64,000 nucleotides of DNA from an uncultured Spirochaetota bacterium (GCA_963820525.1 CAWGAA010000001.1:2560001-2624000); one strand, 5' to 3'; shown: positions 1 through 10,643, counted from the first letter of the stretch. Notes: generated from the sequence alone by a model not told the origin. Numbers and translations are program-made.

Positions 1-10
1 TTCGGTTTCC

Positions 11-805
11 TCATTCCGCTCTCGCAGCGATCCGATAGTAGAGCCGGCGAGGCAGGAGGCTGACGAGCCGCAAAAGGATCCGGTTCAGGAGGCCGGGAAT
101 GCAGACGGCCTTTCCCCTCTTCAAGGCCTTCAGGGAGGCATCGACCACCTCGTCCGCTTCCATCCACCGCAGAAGCCCCCGGTTGGGCTGCCTTCCCTTC
201 ATCCCCAGCTTGTTGTGGAAATCGGTGTGGGTAAATCCCGGACAGAGGCTCTGCACTCTCACCCCGTTCTGCGCCACCGTCATGTGCATCGATTCGCTGA
301 AAGAATTGAGGAAAGATTTCGTCGCCGAATAGAGCCCGCTCCCGGGCAGCGGCAGAAAGGCGGCCATCGAGGCGACATTGATGATCGTCCCCTTCCGCCG
401 CTTGATCATCGGGGGGAGGACCGTTTTCATCAGCCTCACGGGGGCCAGAACATGGACCTGCATCATTGCCAGCCCTTCCGCGATGTCCCCTTCGAGGAAG
501 CCGTCCCGCGCCCCGAAGCCCGCGTTGTTGACGAGGACCTCGATGTCGGTGCGCCCGCGCGCCGCCTCGATCACCTTCAGGAGGTCTCTCTCCCTGGCGA
601 ACTCCGCGATGATGGGCCTGACCTCCACGCCGTGCGCCTTCTTCAGCGCCGAGGTGACCTTGCGAATCTCCCCGGCCCTTCTGCCCGTGATGATCAGGTT
701 GTAGCCCAGCCTCGCGAAGCGCTCCGCGAAAGCCTTCCCGATCCCGCTCGTCGCTCCCGTGATCAAGGCGCTCGGCGAAGCGCCACCTTTCATAATGGCG
801 TTCAT
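11..805 (-). CDS. Short-chain dehydrogenase/reductase (SDR)
   Basis: TGATSGIG Rossmann motif, VNNAG, YSATK (YxxxK). Start moved to MNAIMK (ATG at 805; 793 is an alternative). The longer ORF-track extension is the antisense of the next gene. Confidence 0.9.
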   Translation of the reverse strand: MNAIMKGGASPSALITGATSGIGKAFAERFARLGYNLIITGRRAGEIRKVTSALKKAHGVEVRPIIAEFARERDLLKVIEAARGRTDIEVLVNNAGFGARDGFLEGDIAEGLAMMQVHVLAPVRLMKTVLPPMIKRRKGTIINVASMAAFLPLPGSGLYSATKSFLNSFSESMHMTVAQNGVRVQSLCPGFTHTDFHNKLGMKGRQPNRGLLRWMEADEVVDASLKALKRGKAVCIPGLLNRILLRLVSLLPRRLYYRIAARAE

Positions 806-848
806 TCCTCTATTATTATACTGAAAGCTGAATCGAATCGAGAAGCAG

Positions 849-1853
849 GTGGAATGCAAAAGAACGGCGGCGCGCGCCGCAGGGCGGGAAAAATTGGCGC
901 TCCTCGGGAGGGCGGAGCTCTTCTCCACGCTGGACGAGGAGGAGATCGCGATCATCGCGAGATACAGCGGATACCATTCCTTCGACGCGGGCCAGGTGAT
1001 CTTCTCCGAGGGCAGCCAGGTTGAGGAGTTGTACCTCATCAAATCGGGGACCGTGGTTATCCGCAAGAAGACCGAAGGCGGAGAGGATAACGACATAGCG
1101 CGATTCCTCGAAGGAGAGCTGTTCGGGGAGATGGACCTTCTGGACACCACTCCTCGTGACGCCTCCGCCATCGCGGAAACCCCCACGAACCTCCTCATCT
1201 TTCCCCGGCGCGGGTTGCTCTTTCCCAACATCCTTGAACGGCACCCCAACATCTTCGCCCGTATCCTCCAGAAGCTCCTGGGCATCGTCGCCGGAAGGAT
1301 TCGCGCAACCGACAGGCTCATCTCGGAGAAGACCCCGTGGATACAGGAGCTGAAGAGACAGCTCTTGCGGGACAAGCTCACCAGCCTCCATAACAAGGCC
1401 TACCTCGAGGAGGAGCTTCCGAGGATCCTCGCCAAAATCCCGCAGACGAGCTTCCTCGTGGTGAAGCCGGACAACTTCAAGACGATAAACGACGTCCATG
1501 GGCACGATGCCGGCGACAAAGCCCTGGTCCTCATCGCGGAAACCCTGAAATCCGGCTTGAAGGATGCGGACATCGCGGTCCGCTACAGGGGGGACGAGTT
1601 TTGCATCATCCTGAACGGCAGGCCGTGCAATGAGGCGGTGCGGATAGCCGCTGATCTCCTCGTCGTCTATAAGGGTATTGACGTCACGCCTCTCATTGCC
1701 GGCGAGCGGCTTACCCTCACCGCCAGCATCGGAGTTTCCAGCTTCCCCGACCTCGCCAGGGACGCGGCCTCCCTCGTGTCCAACGCTTTCGAAGCGATGA
1801 TGGAAGCGAGAAACTCCGGGGGAGACGGTTTTCGCGTCAGGGGGGGAGCATGA
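849..1853 (+). CDS. cNMP-binding + degenerate GGDEF domain protein
   Basis: N-terminal cNMP fold (LYLIKSG...FGEMDLLDTTPRDASA). C-terminal GGDEF domain with KPDNFKTINDVHGHDAGD and RYRGDEF. Confidence 0.88.
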   Translation: MECKRTAARAAGREKLALLGRAELFSTLDEEEIAIIARYSGYHSFDAGQVIFSEGSQVEELYLIKSGTVVIRKKTEGGEDNDIARFLEGELFGEMDLLDTTPRDASAIAETPTNLLIFPRRGLLFPNILERHPNIFARILQKLLGIVAGRIRATDRLISEKTPWIQELKRQLLRDKLTSLHNKAYLEEELPRILAKIPQTSFLVVKPDNFKTINDVHGHDAGDKALVLIAETLKSGLKDADIAVRYRGDEFCIILNGRPCNEAVRIAADLLVVYKGIDVTPLIAGERLTLTASIGVSSFPDLARDAASLVSNAFEAMMEARNSGGDGFRVRGGA

Positions 1854-2821
1854 GGGAGATTGCGGTATTGGAAAAGGCCGCCATCTTCTCACTCCTGGAA
1901 CGCCGAGAGCTCGGCGAGCTGGCCGAGCACCTGGCCACGGTGACCCTGCACGATGGGGAGATACTTTTTCTGGAGGGAGACGAGGGCAACGACCTGTATA
2001 TCGTGAAGAACGGGAAGGTCAGCGTCGGCATCCGGCTTCCCGACGGAACGGATCACGAGATCACGCGCTTTTCCGCGGGAGATTTCTTCGGGGATATGTC
2101 GATTTTCGACAATGCTCCCCGCTCGGCCACATGCAGGGCGGTGGAGGAGACCTCGCTGTACAGCCTGTCGAAAGCCGCTTTCTCCGACATCATCAGGGAT
2201 CACCCCCGCATCGCCCTGAAGCTCATGTACCGGATGCTCAACGTCACGACGCAGCGCCTGCGCAACACGAGCGAGCTGGTCTCTGACATGGTGATCTGGG
2301 GTGAAAGCGCTCGCAAGCGCGCGGTCACCGACGAGCTCACCGGCGTCTACAACAGGCGATTCCTGGAAGACTCTCTGGGAAACTACATGGCCGAAGCCCG
2401 GGAGAAAGGGGAAGCGCTCTCCCTCATCATTGTCGACCTCGATTATTTCCGCCGCATCAATGAGCGCTATGGAAACGCAAAGGGCGACGAGGCCATCCGG
2501 GAGGCGACGCGCCTTTTCACGCGATTCCTCCGGCAGCGGGACGTCGTTGCCCGCTACGGCGGGGACGAGTTCATGATCCTCCTGCCCGGCGCGGTATCCA
2601 CGGAGGCGATGGCCGTCGCCTCTGCGATCTGCGCCGAGGTTTCGACCCTCAGCATCGCCGCGGGAGCCGACGGAGCGACCATCGGGGTTACGGTGAGCAT
2701 GGGCATCGCCTCCTATCCGCAGCACGCGGGAGACCTTCCGTCGCTTCGAAGCGCGGCGGATGCGGCGCTGTACAGGGCCAAGGAGGGCGGGCGCAACCGC
2801 GTTCTGTGCGCGGAAGGCTGA
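1850..2821 (+). CDS. cNMP-binding diguanylate cyclase (GGDEF)
   Basis: cNMP domain (FFGDMSIFDNAPRSATC), DELTGVYNRR, DLDYF, RQRD I-site, RYGGDEF, ADAALYRAKEGGRN. ATGA overlap with the upstream gene. Confidence 0.92.
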   Translation: MREIAVLEKAAIFSLLERRELGELAEHLATVTLHDGEILFLEGDEGNDLYIVKNGKVSVGIRLPDGTDHEITRFSAGDFFGDMSIFDNAPRSATCRAVEETSLYSLSKAAFSDIIRDHPRIALKLMYRMLNVTTQRLRNTSELVSDMVIWGESARKRAVTDELTGVYNRRFLEDSLGNYMAEAREKGEALSLIIVDLDYFRRINERYGNAKGDEAIREATRLFTRFLRQRDVVARYGGDEFMILLPGAVSTEAMAVASAICAEVSTLSIAAGADGATIGVTVSMGIASYPQHAGDLPSLRSAADAALYRAKEGGRNRVLCAEG

Positions 2822-2855
2822 CGGCAGGAGGACTCATCGCCAGCGGGAGCCGACT

Positions 2856-4013
2856 ATGAGCAAGACGGGGATCGCGCGGATTGGGGAGAAAAACAGAGTC
2901 ATCGCCAATATCATCGAGGCAATCGACACGCGATGGCACTTCCTCATGCTCGGCCATACCAGCCCCGACGACGACTGCATCGCTTCCATGATCTCCTTCG
3001 CTCTGATTCTTCGCATGTTCGACAAGGAGGCGATGATCCACCTCGACGGCCGCGTCCACGATCACTTCAGCTACCTCCTGGACATCTGCTCCTACAACTC
3101 CATCCGCGTCACCTACACGGGCTCCCCTCTGCCTTCACCGATCGACACGATCGTCCTCTGCGACACTCCCAAGCCTTCGATGATCGGCGTGACGCCGGGC
3201 GAAGGCGGACGGCTGGCAGACCCCGCCCTCCTCCGCATCGAGATCGACCACCATCTGGGCGCTGACAGCAACTACTTCGGAGACGACGGCTACAGGCTGG
3301 TGAGCGAGGCATCCTCGGCGAGTGAGCTCGTCGGTCACCTGCTGTTGAAGCTGCGCGACCGCAGGGACCTCTTGGAGAGATACCAGATCGCCGAGGTTCT
3401 CCCGCGCAACCTCGTCTTGACCATTCTTACCGGAATCATCGGCGATTCCAACATGGGTCAGTTCCTCAAATCCCGCCGGGAGAGAAGGTACTACGAGATC
3501 TTCAGCGGCATGTTCAATGATCTGCTGGCGAAAACGACCACCAAGAGGTCGAACTTCTTCACCAAGGACCAGGTGCACGACGAGCTTCAGAGGCTCTCAT
3601 CGTGCGAGGTGGCCTGCTTCCGTTTCATGATGGACAGGAAGCGCTTCTCCTCTTCCGTCGGCTACGTGGCACTTTCCCAGGAATCGACGGCCGCAATGCA
3701 CGAGTCCTTCGACGCGGAGACGATCGTCTCCACCGCGCGCCTCGTGGCGGATCACCTGGCGGAGGAGAGCGCGCGCGTCAGCCTTGTGGCGTTCTACGAT
3801 GCGCCGGAAAAAGGCGACCTCATCCAGTTTCGCGTCCGCAGGGCGGGTGCCTACAAGGGCTACGACCTTCGAAAGCTCATTGGGCTTTTCTCGATCGCAA
3901 ACGGAGGAGGCCACGAGGGGGCCATCGCTTTCCGCGTGCCTCGGGATCAGGTGCCGGACTTCGACGGCTATATCGCGGGGATCGTTTCGGGAATCGAAGC
4001 GGCGCTGGCCTAA
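2856..4013 (+). CDS. Stand-alone DHH/DHHA1 phosphoesterase (NrnA/Pde2-like)
   Basis: GHTSPDDD, LCDT, IDHH, GIIGDS and GGGH motifs. ATG at 2856 preceded by GGGAG. Confidence 0.85.
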   Translation: MSKTGIARIGEKNRVIANIIEAIDTRWHFLMLGHTSPDDDCIASMISFALILRMFDKEAMIHLDGRVHDHFSYLLDICSYNSIRVTYTGSPLPSPIDTIVLCDTPKPSMIGVTPGEGGRLADPALLRIEIDHHLGADSNYFGDDGYRLVSEASSASELVGHLLLKLRDRRDLLERYQIAEVLPRNLVLTILTGIIGDSNMGQFLKSRRERRYYEIFSGMFNDLLAKTTTKRSNFFTKDQVHDELQRLSSCEVACFRFMMDRKRFSSSVGYVALSQESTAAMHESFDAETIVSTARLVADHLAEESARVSLVAFYDAPEKGDLIQFRVRRAGAYKGYDLRKLIGLFSIANGGGHEGAIAFRVPRDQVPDFDGYIAGIVSGIEAALA

Positions 4014-4015
4014 AG

Positions 4016-6154
4016 TCACTTCACCGCGAGGGCGAAGACCCCATCCCAGTTCCTGCCCGGCGGGTTCGTCTTGAAAAGGGCGATGCGCCGGAGAAAGATC
4101 TCGCTTGTCTCGTCCTTGAACTTCTCATGGAGGAACACGAAGGCCTTCTCCGCGGCCTGCCACTTCTGGTTTCTGTACAGCTCCAGCCCCTCCTCGAAGA
4201 TCTTCTTGATGTTATGGAGCTTTTCGGAGGCCAGCTTTTTGGACTGGAGGAGCTCGAATATCCTCACCGGTTTGGTCTTGCCCTTCACGGTGAGCATGTC
4301 GATCTCCCGGCAGAGGTAGCTCTCCTTCACCTTATCGAATACCGCCTCCGTGATCAGGGTCTTGGTTCCGTAGGTCTTGTTGGCCCCTTCCAGGCGGGCG
4401 GCGAGGTTCACCGTGTCGCCGATGCTGGTGAAATCCATGCGGTTCTTCGCGCCGACGCTGCCGAAGACGACGGGTCCCGTGTTGATCCCGATCCCGATGG
4501 ACACCACGTTCCGCTTGGCGAGCCGCGCGATCTCCCGCTCCTCCGCCATGCTCTTTCGGATTTCGAGGCTGGTCTTGCAGGCATTGAGCTCTTTGCGCGC
4601 CCCCTCGTACATCGCCATCACCTCGTCACCGACGAACTTGTCCACGTCTCCGCTGTTGGCAAAGATCACCGAGGATTGGATATCGAGGAAGTGGTTGAGC
4701 ATTTCCACCACCTTGTCCGGCTTCATCCCCTCGCAGAGGGTGGTGAAGCCCCGGATGTCGGTGAACAGGAACGTGAGGTCCCGCTTTTCCGTCGACGGCG
4801 TTTCGCGCTCGGAGTGTTTCAGCGTGGAAGCCGAGATGTAAGGAACGATCCCCCGGATCACCGTTGTCATGTTGCCGATCTCCGTGGAGAGGCTCTTGAT
4901 CTCATCCCGGGTGGCCACCCTGTCCCGGTATTGAAGGAGCTCCGAGGAGATCTTCAGCTTGCCCTTCACCATCCCGGCCAGAACGTTGGAGATGGAGTTC
5001 ACGCTCATGCGCAGGAAAAGGATGGGAAACACGATGGACCTGCCGGATACGTAGATCAGGAATACCGCGAGGTACACGAAGATGGCGGCGATGGCGAACA
5101 CCTTTACCTGCGTCCTGAAGAACTGCTCGTAGATGTCGTCCCGCGCGTAGTCGACCATGACGAATCCAAGAAACTTGGTGGCGAGGGTGACGGGGGCGAG
5201 AAACTCGTAGACGTCGTGCGACGGCTCGTAGCGCATGATCGTTTCGCTGAAGGGGGCGGTGGGCCGCTCCAGCTTCGTGCCGACCAGCACGCGGTCCGTG
5301 CTCGCCGCGACCGTGAAGACCTCGCCCCGGGGCTCCCGCTGGAAGAAGGACATGGTCTTGAAGCGCAAGGAGGAAACGAGATTCTTCTTGGCCTCGATGG
5401 AGAGATAGTCGTCGGCCCCTATCATGTCGCTGGGGTTCGCCTTGATCACGCTCGCCGTCCTGTCGGCGAGGTTCTTGCCGTCCTGGATCACGAACCCCAT
5501 GATCGTGTTGCTGAAGTTCTGCATCAGCACGAAGCTCAGCACGACGATGATGACGAGTATCAGGGGAACGAAGGAGAGGATCAGACGCTTCTGGATTCCC
5601 TGGCGCAGGAGAACCCGGAACAATCCCCGCGGTTTCTGCTCGGCGCTCCTTCGAAACTCGAGGTACTCCTGGTAGGTGGGGTTTCGCGTGCTGATGCTCG
5701 TGACCAGGAAATACAGAAAGTACGCGTTATATGCCAGGGAAGCGAAGAGCACTCCGTAGAGGATCGGCGAAGAGGCCATGAAGTAGCCGGTGCTTCGGGC
5801 ATTGACCACGATATGAGCGGCGATGATGCCCAGCACGATCCCCGAGCAGATGATGTTCAAAAGAATCGGCACAAGCCGGAGGGGCGACGTCAAAGCGGGG
5901 ATCCGCCGCTCGAGGAAGGAGGCGGAGAGCTTGAACAGACAGATCAGGGGGATCAGGAAGACGAGGAACCCCGAGACGATGAGAGGGACGAGCTTTTCCG
6001 CGGGACCTCCGAACAGCTGCAGGGGCATGTCGGGGGCGGAGAAAAGCCCTTCGAAGGTGATGAAAAGCGGGAGGAAAAACCACGCCAGGATTCCAAGGGA
6101 ATAAAGACTCTCCACCACGTGGAGAACGATCGAGATCCGTTCTTTGCGGCCCAT
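4016..6154 (-). CDS. Membrane-bound class III adenylate/guanylate cyclase (TM-HAMP-cyclase, C-terminal helical tail)
   Basis: FTDIRGFT, DKFVGDEVMAMY, GIGINTG, DFTSIGDTVNLAARLE. The Lys/Asp specificity pair suggests ATP. Several N-terminal hydrophobic helices. Confidence 0.92.
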   Translation of the reverse strand: MGRKERISIVLHVVESLYSLGILAWFFLPLFITFEGLFSAPDMPLQLFGGPAEKLVPLIVSGFLVFLIPLICLFKLSASFLERRIPALTSPLRLVPILLNIICSGIVLGIIAAHIVVNARSTGYFMASSPILYGVLFASLAYNAYFLYFLVTSISTRNPTYQEYLEFRRSAEQKPRGLFRVLLRQGIQKRLILSFVPLILVIIVVLSFVLMQNFSNTIMGFVIQDGKNLADRTASVIKANPSDMIGADDYLSIEAKKNLVSSLRFKTMSFFQREPRGEVFTVAASTDRVLVGTKLERPTAPFSETIMRYEPSHDVYEFLAPVTLATKFLGFVMVDYARDDIYEQFFRTQVKVFAIAAIFVYLAVFLIYVSGRSIVFPILFLRMSVNSISNVLAGMVKGKLKISSELLQYRDRVATRDEIKSLSTEIGNMTTVIRGIVPYISASTLKHSERETPSTEKRDLTFLFTDIRGFTTLCEGMKPDKVVEMLNHFLDIQSSVIFANSGDVDKFVGDEVMAMYEGARKELNACKTSLEIRKSMAEEREIARLAKRNVVSIGIGINTGPVVFGSVGAKNRMDFTSIGDTVNLAARLEGANKTYGTKTLITEAVFDKVKESYLCREIDMLTVKGKTKPVRIFELLQSKKLASEKLHNIKKIFEEGLELYRNQKWQAAEKAFVFLHEKFKDETSEIFLRRIALFKTNPPGRNWDGVFALAVK

Positions 6155-6164
6155 GATGCGCTCC

Positions 6165-7418
6165 TCAGTATTCTTCTATCAATTTTTGCTTTGCCTTTGC
6201 TTTTTCCAGGTAATCCGCCGCCTGCTCGTAGTCGACGTCGATCTGAACGATGGACTGGAACAGCTCGATCGCGTCCTTGAAGTCCTCGTTCCTATAGCTG
6301 TCGACGGCCTTGGCATAGATGTCCTTGAGGCTCGCCGCGATTGTCTGGCGCCGGCTGTCCAGCTGATCGAGCTTCGACTGATCAGAGGTGGTTTTGGCGA
6401 CGGCATTGATCCTGGCGTTGGCGCTCACCAGCTCTCCCGCGGAGATGAGGGAGTCGATGTCGCCGAGCGAGGCGTCGAAGGATGCTTCCTGCTCCGCCTG
6501 ACCGGCGATATCCGAGATCTTTTTCTTGAGGGCGAGCGCCTCGTCCGTCTTGGTGATCGAAAGGGCCGCGCTCACCTTTGCGTCCGCTTTCAGGTAGTCT
6601 TTCCGGGCGAAAAAGCTCCTGGCCCATTGGTAATTCAAGGAGTAACGGGTGCTCCGCACCTTGGAGTCGAAGCCGCCGCCCAGCTTCTTGTTGAGATCCG
6701 AAAGGACGGCAATCTCCGCGTTCGCCTCGTCGAACTTTCCCCCCGCGATCAGCTTGTTGGCATTGTCAACGTGCCGGGAGAAGATCTTTGCCAGCTCCTC
6801 CCGAAGCGAGCGCATCTGCTCCGTTGCCGCGGAGTTCTGCGGGTCGATTGCCACGGCCTTGCTCAGGTTCTGATAGGCATCGATGGAGTTCGCTTCCCGG
6901 GCTGGAGGCGGGGTGTCCCGCGTGATCTTTCCCAGGGAAGCCTTGGCACGCGAGATATAACTGTTCAGCAAGTTCGTTCGAAGCGGTGTTATGTCCCGCT
7001 GGAGCTTCACCACGGCCGCGTTGGTCGGATCCAGGCGCGCTGCGGCCTGAACGTCCATGCAAATGGCGTAATCCTCCGCCTCGCGCCGCTTCGGCTTCGC
7101 AAGGTAGCCGGAGGCCTCCTTGAGCTTCGCTTGCAGCCTCGTGGCCTTGAAGCTGTCGACGAGCTTCCGGTACTGGATGGCGAGCAGGTTGTCGGGGTCG
7201 TAGCGCAGAGCCATGGAGAAGTATTCCCGCACATCGGAAACCTTTCCATAATCTTCCCTGCGGACAAGCTGAAGCTGGTACTGCTCGATCCCCTGGTCTA
7301 CGAGGACCTTCGCCTTGTCCTGACCGTCGAGCTTTCGAAGGAGAAACTCATCCGGCGCCGAAACGCAGCCAAGAATAACGGAAGAAAATGCAACAAAGAG
7401 AAATAGACACCTTTTCAT
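6165..7418 (-). CDS. TPR-repeat lipoprotein
   Basis: Signal peptide ending VILGC and repeated TPR-like helices (AIDPQN, LRYDPDN). 10 bp upstream of the cyclase gene. Confidence 0.75.
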   Translation of the reverse strand: MKRCLFLFVAFSSVILGCVSAPDEFLLRKLDGQDKAKVLVDQGIEQYQLQLVRREDYGKVSDVREYFSMALRYDPDNLLAIQYRKLVDSFKATRLQAKLKEASGYLAKPKRREAEDYAICMDVQAAARLDPTNAAVVKLQRDITPLRTNLLNSYISRAKASLGKITRDTPPPAREANSIDAYQNLSKAVAIDPQNSAATEQMRSLREELAKIFSRHVDNANKLIAGGKFDEANAEIAVLSDLNKKLGGGFDSKVRSTRYSLNYQWARSFFARKDYLKADAKVSAALSITKTDEALALKKKISDIAGQAEQEASFDASLGDIDSLISAGELVSANARINAVAKTTSDQSKLDQLDSRRQTIAASLKDIYAKAVDSYRNEDFKDAIELFQSIVQIDVDYEQAADYLEKAKAKQKLIEEY

Positions 7419-7749
7419 ATATCCCTGCCGAAGAGAATCACTCGTTTACCCTAAATATACGAGGGTTAATTGGCGGGAGACAAACCGATGCCCCTCTCGG
7501 CATGCCTCCCCTTGTGACCCAATATAGCACGCATTCCCCGATTTGACAGTTTTTTTCAGCGGAAACGATATTCTTTAAAAAACGCGTGGATTCACCACCT
7601 GCACTGTGCCGCGCTCCGCATTTGTGCCGACATCCGCTTTCACCCACGAAAGAGTCACGGCGGTTCTCTTGGAAAGGCCGGAGCGGCCCTGACAACTCTC
7701 CCCTTGAGGGATTCGGCTTGCATGAATACTCTCTCAGATACGGAAAGGT

Positions 7750-9744
7750 TTGGGTAGCACAGTGAAAAGGGTTCGTCTCCCGGTCGTTCTGGCAATCGGG
7801 ATCATTTCACTTCTCGCGGCAGGCCTCATGCAGCTTTTCAACGGAATCTTCTTTCTCCGCGACCTGCAGGCGATCGTTCCCGATCTGCCGCGCTTCGCCC
7901 TGGTCGTGCTGGGCATCACGGGCGCCGCCTGCGTTCTCATCTTCTTTCGCATGAGCACCCTCGCGCGGACCCTGTCGGCGATCTCGCGCGGAGATGCTGT
8001 TCCGCTGGACAGGCGGTTGGGCGCCCGCAGGGTGCTCACCGAAATTCCCCGCCTGATCGTCACGGTGAATATCGTGGGGTTCGTCGCCGGGCCGATCATC
8101 AGCATCGGCCTGACGGCGCTTTTGGCGGGAAAGCCCATCGTCCTCGTCGACACGCTCCTCTACGTAGCCCTCAACGTCTCCATCGGGCTTATGGCGGCGC
8201 TCCAGGAGATCACCCTCATTGATTACCAGATGGTGAGGCCTCGAGAGGCGCTCGGGATCGTCGAGTTCAGCGATTCTCACGGGGAGATCGATCTTCGCAT
8301 CCGGCTCCTGCTGGTGGCCCTGGGATCGACGCTGCTCACGGGAATCCTCATCGCGATGGCGGGGCTGGGCTTCTACCATGAGCTCCTGCGCTGGTTCGCT
8401 TCCCGGTCGGCGGACACGGGCTCATTGGTGACTCTTCTGGCAGGCTCATCGGTCCAGACCAACAACTGGAGATTCCTCGGCCAGATGGGAATCCTCATCC
8501 TCGTGGTGGCATCCTGGGCGCTCCTTCTCATGGCCACGCTGGCCTACGGACTTCTTGCCCAGATCGAATCCCTCAAGAAAAGGATGCAGAGCATCGCTTC
8601 CGGCGACGCGGACCTGTCGCAGCGCGTCGCCATCGTGCAGTTCGACGAGATCGGCAGGCTCACCGATGCCATCAATTCAGTCATCTCCCGTCTCCAGGGC
8701 CTCGTTGTGAATGTGCGCGACGCAGCCCGGGGTATCTCCTCCTCCAGCATCTCTTTAGTGGGATCCACGGAAGACGCCCGGCGATCCGTCGAGGAGATCA
8801 GCCGGTCCCTGGAGCGGGTGCACGCAGCCGTTGAGAATCAGAACGGAACAGTGGATTCCTCGAAGGGCTCCATCTCCCGGCTCTCCGCCTCGATCGCGAA
8901 CATCTCCGAGCAGGTAACGACCCAGGCGAGCTACGTGGAGGAGAGCTCCGCCGCCATTACCGAGATCGCGGCGAACATCGCCTCGGTATCGAAGCTCGCC
9001 GAACAGGCCAACGGAATCACCCGCTCCCTCAACGAGGTGGCCGCGAAGGGAGACTCCGACGTGCGGGAGATGGAAAAATCGATGGAGGAGATAACCCGCG
9101 CCTCCTCGGCGGTAAGCGATACGGTCAGCGTGATCTCGCGCATCGCCTCCCAGACCAACCTCCTGGCGATGAACGCGGCGATCGAAGCGGCCCATGCGGG
9201 GGAGGCGGGCCGGGGATTCGCCGTGGTGGCGGACGAGGTTCGCGGCCTGGCGGAGACGAGCGCGCAGAGCGCCAAACAGGTCATGACCGTGATCCGGCAG
9301 ATGCGGACAAAGATCCAGACCGGAACCGTGCTCTCGGAGCAGGTCAAGGATGCCTTCCGAAATATAACGAAGGGCATCGGGTCAGCCGCGGGCCTCATCG
9401 AGACGATCACTCACTCGATGAGCGAGCAGAAGGCGGGCGCCGAGGAGGTCCTCAAGTCGGTCGGCTCCCTGATCGAAGCGACGGAAAAGATCAAGGCCAG
9501 CGCCGGGGAGCAGACAGAGAGCTCGCGGGACATGGAGGCGGGCATGTCGCGAATCGTCGAGGCGGCGCGTCAGATCGACGGGGCGCTGCGCGAGCAGGTG
9601 AAGGGGGTTGAGTCACTGGCCCAGCTCGTCATGCAGGCGGACGCGGACGCCAACGAGAACAGGCGGAGGATGGAAGAGCTGGAGGGGGCCGTCGGCGGAT
9701 TCTCCCTGGCCAAAGGGGAATCCTCGGGGAGGCTCAGAGCCTGA
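7750..9744 (+). CDS. Methyl-accepting chemotaxis protein
   Basis: [34 protein letters not shown] signalling tip, HAMP (DEIGRL), multi-TM N-terminus. Exact start uncertain. Confidence 0.95.
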   Translation: MGSTVKRVRLPVVLAIGIISLLAAGLMQLFNGIFFLRDLQAIVPDLPRFALVVLGITGAACVLIFFRMSTLARTLSAISRGDAVPLDRRLGARRVLTEIPRLIVTVNIVGFVAGPIISIGLTALLAGKPIVLVDTLLYVALNVSIGLMAALQEITLIDYQMVRPREALGIVEFSDSHGEIDLRIRLLLVALGSTLLTGILIAMAGLGFYHELLRWFASRSADTGSLVTLLAGSSVQTNNWRFLGQMGILILVVASWALLLMATLAYGLLAQIESLKKRMQSIASGDADLSQRVAIVQFDEIGRLTDAINSVISRLQGLVVNVRDAARGISSSSISLVGSTEDARRSVEEISRSLERVHAAVENQNGTVDSSKGSISRLSASIANISEQVTTQASYVEESSAAITEIAANIASVSKLAEQANGITRSLNEVAAKGDSDVREMEKSMEEITRASSAVSDTVSVISRIASQTNLLAMNAAIEAAHAGEAGRGFAVVADEVRGLAETSAQSAKQVMTVIRQMRTKIQTGTVLSEQVKDAFRNITKGIGSAAGLIETITHSMSEQKAGAEEVLKSVGSLIEATEKIKASAGEQTESSRDMEAGMSRIVEAARQIDGALREQVKGVESLAQLVMQADADANENRRRMEELEGAVGGFSLAKGESSGRLRA

Positions 9745-10624
9745 GCGCCGCGTGCTCACGCGCGGAGAGGACCGTGTTGTAGAGCAGCATCGTGACTGTC
9801 ATGGCGCCTACTCCGCCGGGCACGGGCGTGATGGCCGCGCACTTGGCCGCCACCTCGTCGAACTTCACGTCCCCCGCGAGGCGGTATCCCTTGGATCGCG
9901 TGGAGTCTTCGACGCGGTTGATCCCCACGTCGATCACCGTGGCTCCCTCCTTGACCATGCCGGCGGTGATGAACTCGGGCCTTCCCATCGCGGCGATCAG
10001 GATGTCGGCCTCACGGGTGATGGAGGCGAGGTCCCGGGTGCGGGAATGACAGAGAGTGACGGTGGCGTCGGCATCGCTTCCCTTCTGGGCGAGCATCGCC
10101 GCGATGGGCTTTCCCACGAGATTGCTCCTGCCCACAACGACAACGCGGCTCCCCTCGATGGGAATCCCCGAATATACGAGGAGCTTCTGGATGCCCAGCG
10201 GAGTGCAGGGCCTGAAGCCTCGCTCCCCGCTCAAAAGCCTCCCGAGGTTCAGGGGATGAAGCCCGTCAACATCCTTGTCCGGCCTAAGCGAAGCGATGAC
10301 TCGCTTTTCGTCGAGTCCCGCGGGCAGAGGAAGCTGGACAAGGATGCCGTGGATGGCGGGGTCGGCATTGAGAGTCTCCACCAGGGCGAGCAGCTCTTGG
10401 AGGGATGTCTCGTGCGGAAGGTTGTGCTGCTGGGAATGTATTCCGATCGCGCGCGCCGCCTTGTTCTTGCCGCGAACATAAGACATTGAAGCCGGGTTTT
10501 CCCCCACCAGCACTACGGCGAGGCCGGGAGTCACACCGGCTTCCTTCTTGAGGGACTCTATGTCGGCTGCGAGCTCGGCCAGTATCCGGGCTGAGATCGC
10601 AGTGCCGTCGATGATCTTCGCCAT
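9734..10624 (-). CDS. folD: Bifunctional methylene-THF dehydrogenase/cyclohydrolase
   Basis: [39 protein letters not shown]. Confidence 0.97.
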   Translation of the reverse strand: MAKIIDGTAISARILAELAADIESLKKEAGVTPGLAVVLVGENPASMSYVRGKNKAARAIGIHSQQHNLPHETSLQELLALVETLNADPAIHGILVQLPLPAGLDEKRVIASLRPDKDVDGLHPLNLGRLLSGERGFRPCTPLGIQKLLVYSGIPIEGSRVVVVGRSNLVGKPIAAMLAQKGSDADATVTLCHSRTRDLASITREADILIAAMGRPEFITAGMVKEGATVIDVGINRVEDSTRSKGYRLAGDVKFDEVAAKCAAITPVPGGVGAMTVTMLLYNTVLSAREHAALRL

Positions 10625-10643
10625 CCCCGCCCCCTTTCCTTGA

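Noticed and set aside
3602..6280. 892-aa plus-strand ORF
   Set aside because: Antisense shadow of the adenylate cyclase gene. It has no motifs, and such ORFs are expected in high-GC coding DNA.
7419..7749. c-di-GMP riboswitch or sigma28 promoter upstream of the MCP gene
   Set aside because: Only fragments match (CGAAAGAGT, GCCGACAT). The GEMM stems and a TAAA -35 box at the correct spacing could not be built. An Rfam scan would settle it.
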